The position numbers and the translations under genes are program-made. DNA of 64,000 bases, from assembly GCA_000708835.1 (NCBI GenBank), contig DF237207.1, positions 1 to 64,000 on the forward strand, read 5' to 3'. A model generated the notes under the pieces. That model did not search any database, was not told the DNA's origin, and saw nothing but the letters and a program-made list of their open reading frames with translations. Origin of the DNA: Klebsormidium nitens (lineage: Eukaryota > Plantae > Klebsormidiophyceae). This document shows, piece by piece, positions 25,340 to 37,983 of the stretch (the stretch's first letter is position 1; every line of letters starts with the position of its first letter).

Positions 25340-27581
25340 TCAGCTGCCGTTGGGCTTGCGGGGCCAGGGGATGACGGCGCTTGTGTCGCGCAGGTACGCT
25401 TGATACGCGGGGTCGCCGCCCCACCGCTTGTGGGCGCCCTTCTCCACCATCGGCAGCTGCGCAAAAGGCCACAGCGGCGTCAGCCGATAGCAGGGCGAGC
25501 CAAGGCAAAGCCGTTTGCGGACATCTCACGGGATCGGAAGAGGAGAGAAGCACTCATCTAAATAGCGACAGCCGTCCGCATTCAGCGCCCCAGACTCTGT
25601 CCGAGCCACTTTGGGGAGTGCCGCACAGATGCCGGGGCTTACCCCGCTGACGTTGATGGTCAGGTGGTACGACAGGAGGGGGCTCAGGAAACCTGCACGA
25701 GGAGGAGGCAGCAGCTTACGCACAGGCAGCCCGGACGCCACAGCGGGGAGGCACACGAGGCTCCCCAAGCTGGCCACTGCCGGCATCCAGGCCAACGAGA
25801 CTGCTCCCGCTAGGTTGACCATGAGAGTGGAAACGTATCGGTGCTTGCAACCAACAACAAGCATCTTTGTTTAGCAACAAGTATACCGCTTGTCCGAACG
25901 CGAAGGGCTCACATGCTGCGGCAGGGAGGGGCTGCAGGGCAGACGCGGCACACAGCGCGGCGCCCGTCCACAGCGTGATCTCGCCAAAGTAGTTGGGGTG
26001 GCGGCTGTACCTGCGGCAGCGGCAGGGCGAAACCAGGTCGAGGGCAGCCGCAGATAGACAACGGAGGCAGGCCGGCACAAAAGCTTCTATACAAAGCGGT
26101 GGGGTCGGAAATGATTAAACATTGACGGCGGGCCGGCGGACTGCAACGGCCCTTGACAAGACTGTCGGCCTGCCTACCTCCAGAGGCCACTGTCGATCCA
26201 CTTGCCCTTATTGCTGGGGTCACGCCGAAACCTGCACAAGATGGACCAGTCATACTGAATCTCAGAAGTCTAGCTATTGAAAGAAAGTGACCAGAACTGA
26301 ATTTCTTAACCATACGGTACAGGACGAGGGATAGCGACAGAGGGAAGACACATCATTGAGAAGAGTGTTTCTGGCTGGCCACCGCACGCGGGCCAGGACT
26401 TCCCTCCTTGCTGCCTGCCAGGCGGAGGTGGGCGCGGCGCACCTGTCTTTCTGGTGATCCGCCACGGCCTCAACGGCAAAGCCTGCCGCCCAGATGCCTG
26501 CCCCCAGGTAGGCCACAGGGCCGAGGGGCGCCGCGGGGGAGGCGTTGAGCAGCAGCATAGGCAGCGACACCACAAACACCCACACAGCCTGCACCACAGA
26601 AAAACGGGTGACCCTGGGTGTAGGCATCCGTTGCGCGCACAACATTGAGCGGCAGAACCAAAGCGCCAAATCTCGCAATTCTTCCTGCCACGATGGGATC
26701 CATGATGGGAGCCCTACCTGGACAGTCCAATAGAGGAGGAAGGTCCCCGGCTGCGACTTGATTCTATCCAGGCGGTCGTCCTTTCCAGCCTGCAGCGCAA
26801 GATCACAGGACTTAACACGGCAGGTGCACTGGACGGCTATGCTCACTGAACAAGTCAACCAAAGCAGAAACATGTCCTCCTTGCTTTTGATGGCTCAGTA
26901 GGGCATTGGATAAAGATGGCTTCCTTCCCCTCGACCAAAAACACCGACTGAACATGATCCAGTGTCTTGAAGAACAACAGGGTGATCCAATCAGAGGGTG
27001 GCGCACGTGCAGGACGCGGGCAAAGAGGAAGCTGCCCAGGCGCGCGGCCCAGAGCGCCACCATGCCCGACAGCAGCAGCTGGTGCGGGGAGGCCGCGCTG
27101 CGCGAGAGGGACAGGCCCGCCAGGGTCAGGTACGTGAGGGAGCCGGTGAGGTCGTAGAACTTGTCCGTCTGCGAAGGGAGGGGGAGGGGGAGGCGGAGGG
27201 GGGGGGGATGGTCGAGGCGACCGAGGGGGGACGGCGTCGAGGAAGTACGAAGTTCGGACGTAGGNNNNNNNNNNNNNNNNNNNNGATGTCAGCACCCAGG
27301 GGGGAGGCTCAGAAGCAAATTCGGCGTAGGACAAGAAACAGCATCTGAGATCCTGCTGAAGCAACACTAGCAACTGCCTAATCTGCCAAAAGCCATGCTA
27401 CTTAGCTTGCCCTGAGAAGAGCCCGCATCAGATTTTGTCAGGGCAAACTGTCTCAATGCTTCGTGTGGAGTGGCAAGAGCTCCACGGCGCTGACCTGCTG
27501 CCAGTAGGAGTAGGCCCAGCCGGCCACCTGGATGCCCAGGTCAATGGCAAAGTAGGTCAGCAGCGACGCGCCCAGGCCCAT
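25340..27581 (-). CDS. DUF1295 / steroid 5-alpha-reductase-like membrane protein (multi-exon)
   Basis: [91 protein letters not shown]. Confidence 0.9.
27265..27284. other. Assembly gap (20 N) in intron 1 of the DUF1295 gene
   Basis: Run of N next to a G/A-rich low-complexity tract. Confidence 0.99.
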
Positions 27582-28164
27582 GGTGACGCGCTCACGGGCG
27601 CCAGAGAGCGGCGTGGGTGCACCAGCAGGGCTTGCCCCCGAGGAGTGAAACCAGCGGGGCACAAGCCTCTGCCGCTCAACCTGGCCCCGATGCCCGCCGA
27701 AGAGTACTTTCTGAGACTGACTTGTCAATGAACTCTGGAATCCGCTTCTTGTGAAGAGTAGCCGGGGCGTGTCTTTAATGGCTGTTCTTGCAAATGCTGT
27801 CAATGTGGTGAGGTGCAAAGGGCTGGTCCCGATTGACCAGATGGGGGGCAATGCGATCCGGGGCCCCGCATGCACAACCCGGGAGACACCGCCAATCAAG
27901 GCACCCCAAGGGGCGGGGCGCGGAGGGAATGAGCTGGGGAGCGGAGCACGTCTAAACAACGGGCAGGTAGTAAGGGTTCCCAGGAGAGAAATGATCTTCG
28001 TACCTGCGACTTGCTTGTTGAGAGAGCGGATGGCTGCTGGCACTGCCCATGCGAGCACAGACATCCTCAACAACTCTCCACGCCCTCTCCACGCATGATC
28101 CGCAATTCGAAGTCTTGAGCAAGCACCATAGCAGCAGTGCAAGCCGAACAACCTTGGTCATTGG

Positions 28165-28241
28165 TTAGGTTAGGCTTAGGGCTAAGGGTAAAGCGTCATG
28201 GAGGAGTCGTCGAGGACGCTACGGAAAACGAGTTAGGGTTT
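28165..28241 (+). promoter_or_regulatory. Degenerate telomere-like repeats plus a telo-box in the divergent DUF1295/LAP promoter
   Basis: TTAGGTTAGGCTTAGGGCTAAGGG (28165-28188) and TTAGGGTTT (28233-28241, reverse complement AAACCCTAA). Confidence 0.5.
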
Positions 28242-28425
28242 CTAAATTCTACTAACTAGGTAGTACTAGACCCGGCCAGGCAGAGAAGAAGCACGTAAAG
28301 CTAGAAGACTGGCACCAGGATCTTTGGCAAGCTGGGGAGCCGCCACAGCGCCAAAGGAGTGTAGCAGCGGTGGTGGTAGCGGGTGCACGGTGCCCTGAGG
28401 CCAGGCACACCTCCCTTCTGGAGCC

Positions 28426-31400
28426 ATGGCATCCGGAGTGATTGGGCTGACGAAGACGGGGCCTGCGAACCTGCCTGAGGTGAGGAAGAGCATTGCTGCA
28501 TTGGGTCACAACTGGGGCTCATTGTTGATGTCGGGGAGCATTTTACCTGGACCCTCTGGGAGTGACTCATCTAGGCTGGACCCTCTGGGAGTGACTCATC
28601 TAAGCTGTAAAAAGTGAGGCGTGTCTGTGGATTGTGCGGTTATGATTGTCCACTGATGGTGCTAGAATGCACATTTGAGTGGACGCAGCGCACAGCATCA
28701 GTACCTCTTGTATGTTGCTACACCACTCTCTGCATCGCTCTCGTTGCGTATGTTGCAGCTGGACATCAAGGTCAGTGGCACCACCCCCGCTGAGTGGAGC
28801 GGCGATGCCCTGGTGGTGGGGGTGTTTGAGGAGGCACTGGCAATTGAGGGGGATGCCTTCAAGGCTGCTGAGCTGAGTGCACTGGACAAGAGCCTCGGGG
28901 GGGCTCTGAGGGAACTGGTACGGACACGGCATCGTGCACCACCCTGAGCTGGCAATCACTGCTATGTCTCCTTCAAAGGTTGGATTTGCGCCAGGCTTGA
29001 ATAGAGTCAAGACATGCCAGGCTTGATTGCGCCAAGGATCAAAAGGTGCCTATATGTTGCACATTGTTTCATCACCCACACTTGTTGAGCCAACTGGGAT
29101 TCCTGAAGTTTCCTAAAGTTTCCTGAAGATTGCTCTGAAGGGGCGATCAGTTGAGTGTTCAGTTGAGTTATCAAGTGCTTTCAGGCACCCACTACACATT
29201 TCATTGACGCTCTGCCTACAAAAGAGCAACCAATTCCCCAACAATGTACGCTGATAGATTGAAACATAAACCCCCATTCTTGAAGGTGTCTGATGGCGAC
29301 TTCAAGGGGAAACCAGGCCAAACATCATTTTCCAGAATTGCTGGCAGCAAGGTGAAGAGGTATGCTGCACTCTTCACTCTTTTCTTGCACAAAGACGAGA
29401 CGTGCCACCCAAGCTTCCACTGCGTCTTCGAATTGGTCAAGGCAAGACACAAAAACCGTTTTTTTCTGATGTGGTTCTCCTGTGTTGATACTTTGCCTTG
29501 CTAGCTCCTGTGCGCCTGTCCTCGTAGCTTTCTGATGGCCGTGTGCTCCGTAAGCAGGGTGGGCCTGGTGGGCCTAGGCAAGCAGAGCCCCGGCGCTGCC
29601 GCCCCTGCCAGCCCCTGGAAGAAGCTGGGCCTCACTGCCGCCGCAGCAGTAAAGAAGCAGCAGGTACCTGCGCATCCGCGCGACTTGCTGTCCTCTTCCA
29701 CCTGCTGAGTACTGGCCAACTGGTGCCAGGTTGGTCGGGGCTGGTTACAGTGACACAACTTACTAGTAGCTTTGGCTCAGCCACTTTCCGAAGGTGCGAA
29801 AGTAAGAGTTGGGTGGCTTCCGGTGCACATTCGTGTCAGTGTAGGCTCCTACGGAGCGCTTGTGCTCTGCCCCTCTGTCCTGGCCCCGCAGGCCCCGCTG
29901 TCACAGCTGTGCACACGCGTGCAGGTGACGTCCCTGGCGGTGGCGGTGATTGGGGTGGACGCCCTGCCGGAGGCGGCCAGGGCGGCGGCCGTGGAGGGGG
30001 TTGCGCTGGGGGTGCAGCTAGGCGGGTATGAGGACGTGCGCTTCAAGTCGGAGGTGAGCGCCTCACACACCACCGCGCCCGGCTGGAGCGAGAAAAAGCG
30101 GAGAATTTGGGAACCGCAAGAAAGGTTGTGCACCAGCTGTGAGAAGCTGATTTAGACCTACCCAACCGGTTAAAAGTAGTTGGACTCTGTGGGTAGTTGT
30201 CAAGATTTCGGACGCTGGATCTCAATCCTTTTCCTGGAAGGTGGCACTTCAGGAGGGGTTTGGTGGCGCTCAGTAGCCCAGGTAGTGCAGCCATGCCCGA
30301 CTTCGTGGCACCGGCTCTGCTGGCTGCTGCCATGCTCACCCCCCCGTGTTCTCTTCCAGGCCAAGGTGCCGGCGCTTCGCAGCGTGGCGCTGCTCTCGTT
30401 TGGCAGCGGGGCGGAGCAGGAGCAGGCGCTGGCGCTGGCTGCCCACGTGACGGCGGGGGTCACCCTCGCGCGCCAGCTGGTGGCGGCACCCGCCAACGTG
30501 CTCACGCCAGGTGGGCCTTCATCTGTGCGAACAGAGCACATCACTGGGACTGCACGCGTGCTCCTGCCTGTTTGCCTCGATGGGACGAGGCCATGGTAAC
30601 GTTGCAGCTGCTGGCATGGAGGAAGGTGCCTCTTCGCACCCTTGAAGTCAAACATTTTTCTCTACACGCTTCAATATGTACCAATCTAATAACTAGTTAC
30701 AGACAATGCACATACGGCTCGTTTCTTTCCTGTCGTATGAGGTCCGTCAACCCTCCGGGCTGTGGCCTCCTCCTGGTTTCTGCGAGTTGCTGATCCCCCC
30801 TGTTCGAGAGCATGACTGCCACCGCCGTCTGTGCAGCTGCGCTTGCGGAAGCTGCGGCGGGGGTGGCACGCGAGTTCAGCGACGTGCTGAGCATCCAAGT
30901 GCTCGACCAGAAGCAGATCGAGGTACCCCGCCCTGCGACCCTCACAAGTCTTGGTCAGCGAATGGGACTGGATCTACGCCGTTTCATATGTGCGGCTTTG
31001 CTATGCATCATTTCCATACTCTGAAATTTCGGTTCTGGTGCGAAGCCCCAAGACCTGCCTACGACCTCCCACGATGATCCCTCTGAGGCACCTCGTGATG
31101 GGTGCGGTGCAGGCGGCCGGCATGGGCGCCTTCCTGGGGGTGGCGGCCGCGTCCGACAGCCCGCCCCTGTTCATTCACCTCAAGTACACGCCCAAGGGGG
31201 AGCCCAAGCGCAAGCTCGTCATCATCGGGAAAGGGGTGAGCCGCTCAAGGGAAACGGGCCATCGTTAAAACGAGGATCCTCGATTCTGCTCAGGAATCAA
31301 GTCGTTGTGCAATCACCACGAAGGAGTATGTGGAGCTCAGTTTCCCGGACATGTCTTTTGGTGCGGCGGGGGTAGACGAGCCGTCCCGGTTTGCGTGCGC

Positions 31401-33612
31401 AGATCACGCACGACACGGGGGGCTACAACCTCAAGGTGGGCGCCAGCATCGAGTCCATGAAGTGCGACATGGGGGGCGCCGCCGCGGCCTTCGGAGCCGC
31501 CCGAGCCATTGGCGCCATCAAACCACCCGGGGTGGAGGTGAGCCGCAGCCCAGCACGCTCGGGGCCTCATTCTGCCAGCTACACAAGGGTTGAATCTGGT
31601 GCCACCCCGTAATTGTTTGCAACGTATTTCTTGCGGGCAGCTGTATAATACGCCTCTGAGAGCGTGCGAGATCCTTAGCCTTTTCACTTGAAAGGGCCTT
31701 TATGTCGCACCCGTGAATTGTGTGCCCAGAATGGAACTGCCAGGTCAAGGAAGGTGACTTCTGAAGTCTCTCGTTTGTCAAGTTCCTGACTTGCGTCGTC
31801 TCAGATTCTGAATTGTGTTGGGCTCTAGATTGTGGACTTATGATCTACGACAGACCTCGAGGGTTTCACAAAAGACTCAAAAGCCTCTTGCCGCAAAAAG
31901 CAAGATTTTGCGAGGACTGTCCCGCTCCTGCCATTTGCGTCCCCAGATTCCGTGCGAAAAAGCTAGAATGTACTGCACCTCCGGCAAAATCAACGGGGCC
32001 CGTTCAGCACTGGGCCTTGCTTTGGTGCGACGCCCACCAAGCGTGCAGGCTCGCAACGTCGGGGCGCCCGAGGACCAGCTCTGAGTCTGGTTGACACGCG
32101 GCTGGTGGTGGTGCAGGTCCACTTTTTGTCGGCCGCGTGCGACAACATGATCAGCGGCCACGGCATGCACCCGGGCGACATCATCACGGCGTCCAACGGC
32201 AAGACCATCGAGGTACGCACCGCCGCTCGGGTCGCCAATGGTTCGAGCGAATGCACTGCTCCGACATCGATTCGCTGCATTTGTTTGAACGAGCAGGCGG
32301 GCCTGAGATGAAAGTCCTGCTCGAACACCACCTTAAATTTGTTTGCTTCGTCTCGGCGTGTCTTCCCGTCAAGTCCTCTCGGGGGTCCGGAAGTGGCAGT
32401 GAAGAGGGCTTCGCCGAGCTCCCTCGCAGTCTGCGTGCATTTTTATCGTGTGCTCCTTGTGACGCGTTGGTGGTGCTGGCGTGGCAGGTGGGCAACACGG
32501 ATGCGGAGGGCCGCCTCACGCTGGCGGACGCGCTCGTGTATGCGTGCAAGCTGAAGCCCGACGCGGTGAGCCCGCGGCCCCGAAGGCCCCCTCGCTTTTG
32601 CGGCTGGCAGCGCCGTGCGAAGGTTACAAACAGTCCGACAGCAGTCCGCTGGCCATGCTACACACGTGCCGCAGGTGCTTCCACCCGCGCCTGACCCCCG
32701 GTTGTGCGGGGCGGTGCAGGTGGTGGACCTGGCGACGCTGACGGGCGCGATCATGGTGGCGCTGGGCACGGCGATGGCGGGCCTGTTCGCCAACAGCGAC
32801 GGCCTGGCGGACCAGCTCGCCACCGCCGCCAGGGCCGCGGGGGAGAAGCTCTGGCGGCTGCCGCTCGAGGAGGAGTGCGTGCCGCTCCGCCTGGGCTGCA
32901 GACCGTTGGGCGCCGTTTTGAGCTGTCCCTTCCGGAGATTGCTCTGCCACAGGCGGGGCCAGGATGCGTAACCTGTGACTTTCAGCCCGCCAGATGCAGT
33001 CAAAACAGGGCAGGCTCCCTCCTTCCTGTCCCACCGTTCCTGTAGGGGCCCCAGGGTTTGCCTACCGACGCCTCTGCTGTGCAGGGCGCACAGGGTGCCC
33101 CTCGCCTGATGCGGTGGTGCCGCGGTGGTGCAGGTACAAGGAGACCATCAAGTCGCCCATCGCGGACCTGATCAACACCGCTGGCCGGCCGGCCGGCGCA
33201 ATCAAGGCCGCGCTCTTCCTGCAAGAGGTCAGCCCAGGGCCCCCGTGTCTGCGCCTGCTGCGTGTGGACCATCCCTGGGGCAATTGCAGGCGGGCTGCTG
33301 CATTTTCCCAACAACGGCATGAGCTGCCGAAGAAGGCACCAGTACCGAGAGATCTTTGCTGGAACTCTTAGCTGCAGTCTGGCCTGGCATCGCATGGCGC
33401 TCTTAGCCCCACCCTCGGGGTAAGGGCAGGTCTGACCAGCGTGTTTGCGCTTGTGAGTGCAGTTTGTTGGGGAGAACGTGGAGTGGGCTCACCTGGACAT
33501 CGCTGGCGTCGCGTACGACGGCGACAAAAAGATCGGGACCGGCTTCGGCGTGAGCACGCTCGTCAAGTGGGTCCTCTCACAACAGCCGCCCGTCGACCTC
33601 GTCAGCTTCTAG
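28426..33612 (+). CDS. LAP: M17 leucyl aminopeptidase (multi-exon)
   Basis: [10 protein letters not shown]..., [29 protein letters not shown]|[32 protein letters not shown]|[41 protein letters not shown]; stop TAG at 33610-33612. Confidence 0.95.
28547..28607 (+). repeat. 29-bp tandem duplication in LAP intron 1
   Basis: Two copies of CTGGACCCTCTGGGAGTGACTCATCTA(G/A)G. Confidence 0.9.
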
Positions 33613-34166
33613 GCGACTGTACAAGAGCGGCTCGGGAGTGCCTCCGTCTGACCACGGGTGCACGAAAGCAAAGGTGCGAGTCATGCGTTGTCGCTCAGCA
33701 GCATGCAGATGGCCGGAAAGTCTTTGCGGATGTGCAGTTTATCTTGGGAGTGAGCATTGAGACACAAGTAAATCCAAAGAAAGAAGCCGGCCAAGTTTGA
33801 TGTCGACGAAATTGACCCAGTCCTGTATTATACTGATGATTAAGAAGGTAGGCTTGCCGATCGCGCTCGTGTATGCAAACACTTACTGTTGGCTTTCACA
33901 GATTTTTGGAATATGCGAGACCAAACATTATTGAGCTTAAAATGAAGGTAGTGACGGAACAGGACTTGATAAGAGTTGCCACGTAAGTAAAAGCCTGAGT
34001 CACGTTAATATAACCAGAAGTTGCGATCGAAGTCCGCGTCTATCAAACCACGCACATGCAATGGGACCAGGCTGCTGCATGCATGAGCTATACCTATGCA
34101 AGCTAGCATGTGTAGGTATCGGACTACGCCTCCGTGGGCATTATGCCGTTGACCATGTGTAGCTCT

Positions 34167-35161
34167 CACAAGGCACCTATGGGGCATTCTGGCCCGTGAC
34201 GCACCGGTCACGGAAATGTCAGACCGTCGTGACCGGGGTGTCGCGCCGGTCTGTCGGGTAGGTGACACCGGCGTGCCAACGGAGCCTACGATTTATATAG
34301 AACCAGACCTCCAATTCTAAATCCGGCGCTCTTGAGTGGCTTCTACACATGTCCCCGGTAGATGACATGCTGGCACTTCTTGGGTACTTAATCAATGCAC
34401 TGAATATTGCGCAGCACATAGGCTGTATCGCAGATTTCACCAAGTACCCAACATTGTTTTTGGAGCGTTTGGAATCGACCTCAAACTGTGCGACGCGTGG
34501 CTGTCAGAACATCAAACTCAATGATTGACAGTTGTTGCTCCCTGAGATCGTACGGTGAACGGCAATCTTATTCACGATCCGACGGCAACTCACAAAATTC
34601 AATCTCTCACCGTACAAGTGCCGTACACACCCAGTGCAGTGCACAGTGCACAGTGCACACCACGGTACCTACATATTGAGTACCGTAGACCGTAAACCGC
34701 GACTCAGATAACAACCGACCATGAGGAGCTTTCAGAGTGTCGCGCTTTGATCGCCTCCGCCGCCATTCCTGAAGATCAAACTTGAGCATAATGAACTTTC
34801 ATCTCATTACGAATTTTGCTATGAACTCTTTTGCATCTATGCTTATTCTCTTCTAGTAGAAGGTCCAGAATTTTAGAGCATGTGTATCGGTTAAGAATTG
34901 AGCCAGATATGTGTTCCTAGGTGCCTTGCTCATTTTAGGGTTTTGAAGTATAAAATGTGACCCAACTGCTTGCGTAGCTGACACTGAAATTAAAAGTGTG
35001 GACACCCGGTCACTTCGCCGCGACCAATCGGTCACGGGCCGTGACACGGATGCCCTGCAATCGACGTGAACCGCGTCACCGGTACCGACGGTACTCTCAC
35101 AAGTACTGACCGGTTCGACGGTGAAGCGTAACAGCTGGTTTTGCACCCTAGGTGGCTTGTG
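34167..35161. mobile_element. Putative CMC/CACTA-like non-autonomous element
   Basis: Imperfect TIRs CACAAGGCACCTATGGGGCA versus CACAAGCCACCTAGGGTGCA (reverse complement of the right end), a CT dinucleotide on both flanks, clustered GTCAC/GTGAC subterminal repeats at both ends, and an internal CAGTGCA tandem at ~34631-34657. Confidence 0.5.
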
Positions 35162-36037
35162 CTTAGCTTTCACGAAAACGCCGTAGCCACATGGGCCCTA
35201 TAGGTCCATGGCAAACAAGGAATTCCGACGAGCATGTTGAACGCCTAGCTACCCGAATAAGTTCAGATTTGCATCGTTAGTCGATCATACGTAGTGACGT
35301 GAGCTTGCGCAAACCGAGTCAAGAGGCTTCGATCGCTTCATGACAGCTTGCGTCCCCAGATATGTTTGAAAGGATGCGCTTTGGAATCTAAGAAACCTGT
35401 ATCTTAGATGGTTGAAGAACATAGTTATATCAAGTTGCTGATCTGTTCCACCACGACGGTTGCCAGAATTGACAACTGTTCTGTTGTTAAACACGCCGCA
35501 TGCACATGGGGCGGCTAGCGTCTCAAGGTTTTGCTTATATGTCTGGCTGCATCCGCAGAGCTGGCGCGCTCCTTGTCACATGTCAGGAAAGCGGATGCAT
35601 CGTGCATCTATGTATGGATGGTTTTGAGATTTTGTTCGTGGTATGGTACACGTATAGGTTGCAGCGTTATGATTCGTAAGACCTGATATGGCTGGAATCG
35701 GCTTCGATTCGATCGTATTGATCTCAGCTACTAAAGCTAAACTTGCATTCGACAACGTTTGCCCAGCTAGCGCATATCATTGTTCCGATTGACTTCCACG
35801 CACATGCATTTTTCGCATAGGAAGGTATTTTAACACCAATGGTCGAATCAATGTGCGTCAAAGTTGACCATTCGATCGACGCCATGCGCTTTCTCAACAG
35901 ATGCAGAGACTGACATGTCCATGCGGTATAGTCCTACCGTAGGAGCAATTCCACTGCCTTGAAATTTGTATGTGTTGTCTGCGAAAACCTGGGGGGGTCG
36001 TTTTGTGATGTATAGGAGCCGCCACGAGATTGAGATG

Positions 36038-37983
36038 TCAGAAGGACATTGGGTTTTTAAACGAGCTACAATTCTGCCCTTTGTCGTCTCGGCGCAGTCC
36101 CCAGCCTAATTCGAACAAAAGGCCTAGGCCGATGAGGTTACCCGGTTGAAGCTCTGCTGGGGTTGGGCTCACCAAGTATGGCTCGCCCTTGATGACCACG
36201 AAGTCTTTTCCGCTCGTGGAAGCCTTGATCCGATCGTGTTCCAACAGGAGTCTGTACAACCTGCCAGTGGCACGAAGCTCCGCTCCAACTTCGATACGGA
36301 CTTTTCGCAAGTGCACGGAAGCCAAACGGCAGATTATCCTGGATAGAGTCGCATCATCGGAGGACCCCGATCATCCAGGAGCACTTGAAGCGTGAGTTCC
36401 CTAGCATCCGTTGTCAGCTCCACTAGCAAGCATTGATTGTCTGCTTACAGAGTACCCACAAGCTTCTAAAATTGCAAATCGAGCGTTGCAGAAAGAAGTT
36501 TCCTGGCTCACTTATGAGACAGGTACAGCGGCTTCGGAGCCCCGCTGGCAAGAAACGCGGAGAAGGGCAGGAACCTCTCGTCATCCACTTTGAAGCAAGT
36601 CCGGAGGATGATGCGGTGACGCTCATGGCCCTGAGGATCGAACGCTTGCCACACAGGAACGTCCGTGAGCACATAATCGCCGGGGTGCTCCAACTCGTCT
36701 GTGTAGCAATCTGGGTAGTCGGACTGTTGGAGCGGCGGATTGACATTGGCCGACTGCAAACGAACAGGACAGGAACTAATAGGCTGCCATTGTGGCAGAA
36801 ATAGTTAGAAGCTCTCTGGATGTGAGATGCATCGGAGATAGGGCAAACGAGCGGGTTGGTCAAGCGAGCAAAAGTGCATCAAAGGAAAGGGCACGTAACA
36901 AGAAGAGCAATGCCAGGATCTGCTTTATCATGTGAACAAAGTTGCGCACGATTTTATCACGAGAAGCTCTCTTGAGGTTGTACTAAGCGTGGCTCCTTGG
37001 GACAAACTTTTGACAGCGATCCCGTAAAATCACCAGGGGTAGATACAGGCAGGTCTCCAATGACAATAGCAGCGCTCCTTACGCTGGCCAAGCGCTGCCG
37101 CTGCAGGTTGAGCATGTAGCTGCCGCTTGCCTTCAAATGCTGCGGCAACTTGTCCTCGGGGTACTCGCGCTCCAGTAACAGGGAAGCTGGCTCAGCCTGT
37201 ATACACGACAGCTTGTCAACCAGCAGTGATCCTTTCGATCTGCGGACTGTGTGCACTGCTTGTCCATGTAAGCTTCGACATGTCTTTCAGTGCGCCGCCG
37301 AGAGTTCTTAAAACATGATCGTCCTAAAATGACTACTGATGACAGGAACCTTTTCTAGATCGAACGGACTTGAACAAAACCATGCGGATGGACTTTCGTA
37401 GCAACACCGTCCAACACAGGATTGAAATGTTTTTCGTCTGCTTCACTTCCTTGCAGATTTGCAGCATCGCCAGCATTGCCAGCAGGGCCCGTGCCAGACT
37501 ACATATACATATGCCAATCTCTTGAGAGTTTTGCTGGGCTTAATTCAAGCACACCCTGTTCCATGCGCTCCAGATTCTTGATCCAGAGGTTTGCAGAGAT
37601 TGCGTATTCAGGGACCCAATTACTTATCATCAAAGGCACACAAATTGCACATGTTGCAACCCCCTGCTGTAAAGCAAAGGGGTACATATACGAGCTCAGT
37701 GAAGGTTTCCGAAGAAATTCAATCTGCTGCAGGTCGAAGACCAGCACCAGACTCAGGAGTAGAAATTCGTACAGACAAGGCAAACCTGGTTGTAGTTATT
37801 CCTGTACTGGGCCATCTTCACAAGCCCTGGTACGGTCCTCTGAGAGGAATGAGCGCCGCGCTTCGCACTTGCCGACACACAGAAACTGGCAAACTGTCTG
37901 AACATTGTCGCCTGCGCCGTCCAGATGTGTTTAGTGGTGGCTCCACGAGTTGTCAAATGAGCGAGCCTGCTAGCGCTTTTCAT
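36038..37983 (-). CDS. Orphan multi-exon protein-coding gene, function unknown
   Basis: Successive minus-strand open frames with splice signals. Exon 36753-36512 (SANVNPPLQQSDYPDCYTDELEHPGDYVLTDVPVWQAF...PLYLSH) joins exon 36338-~36173 (KIICRLASVHLRKVRIEVG...GEPYL) in phase via a GTGAGC...CCAG intron. The start (MKSASRLAHL, 37983) and the 3' end are uncertain. Confidence 0.45.

Noticed and set aside
28198-28425. Upstream in-frame extension giving LAP a plastid transit peptide
   Set aside because: An in-frame TGA at 28396-28398 precedes the ATG. A spliced extension cannot be supported from sequence alone.
28547-28607. CRISPR-like short repeats (also 62650-62696)
   Set aside because: Only two units, spacers absent or 9 bp, eukaryotic context and no cas genes.
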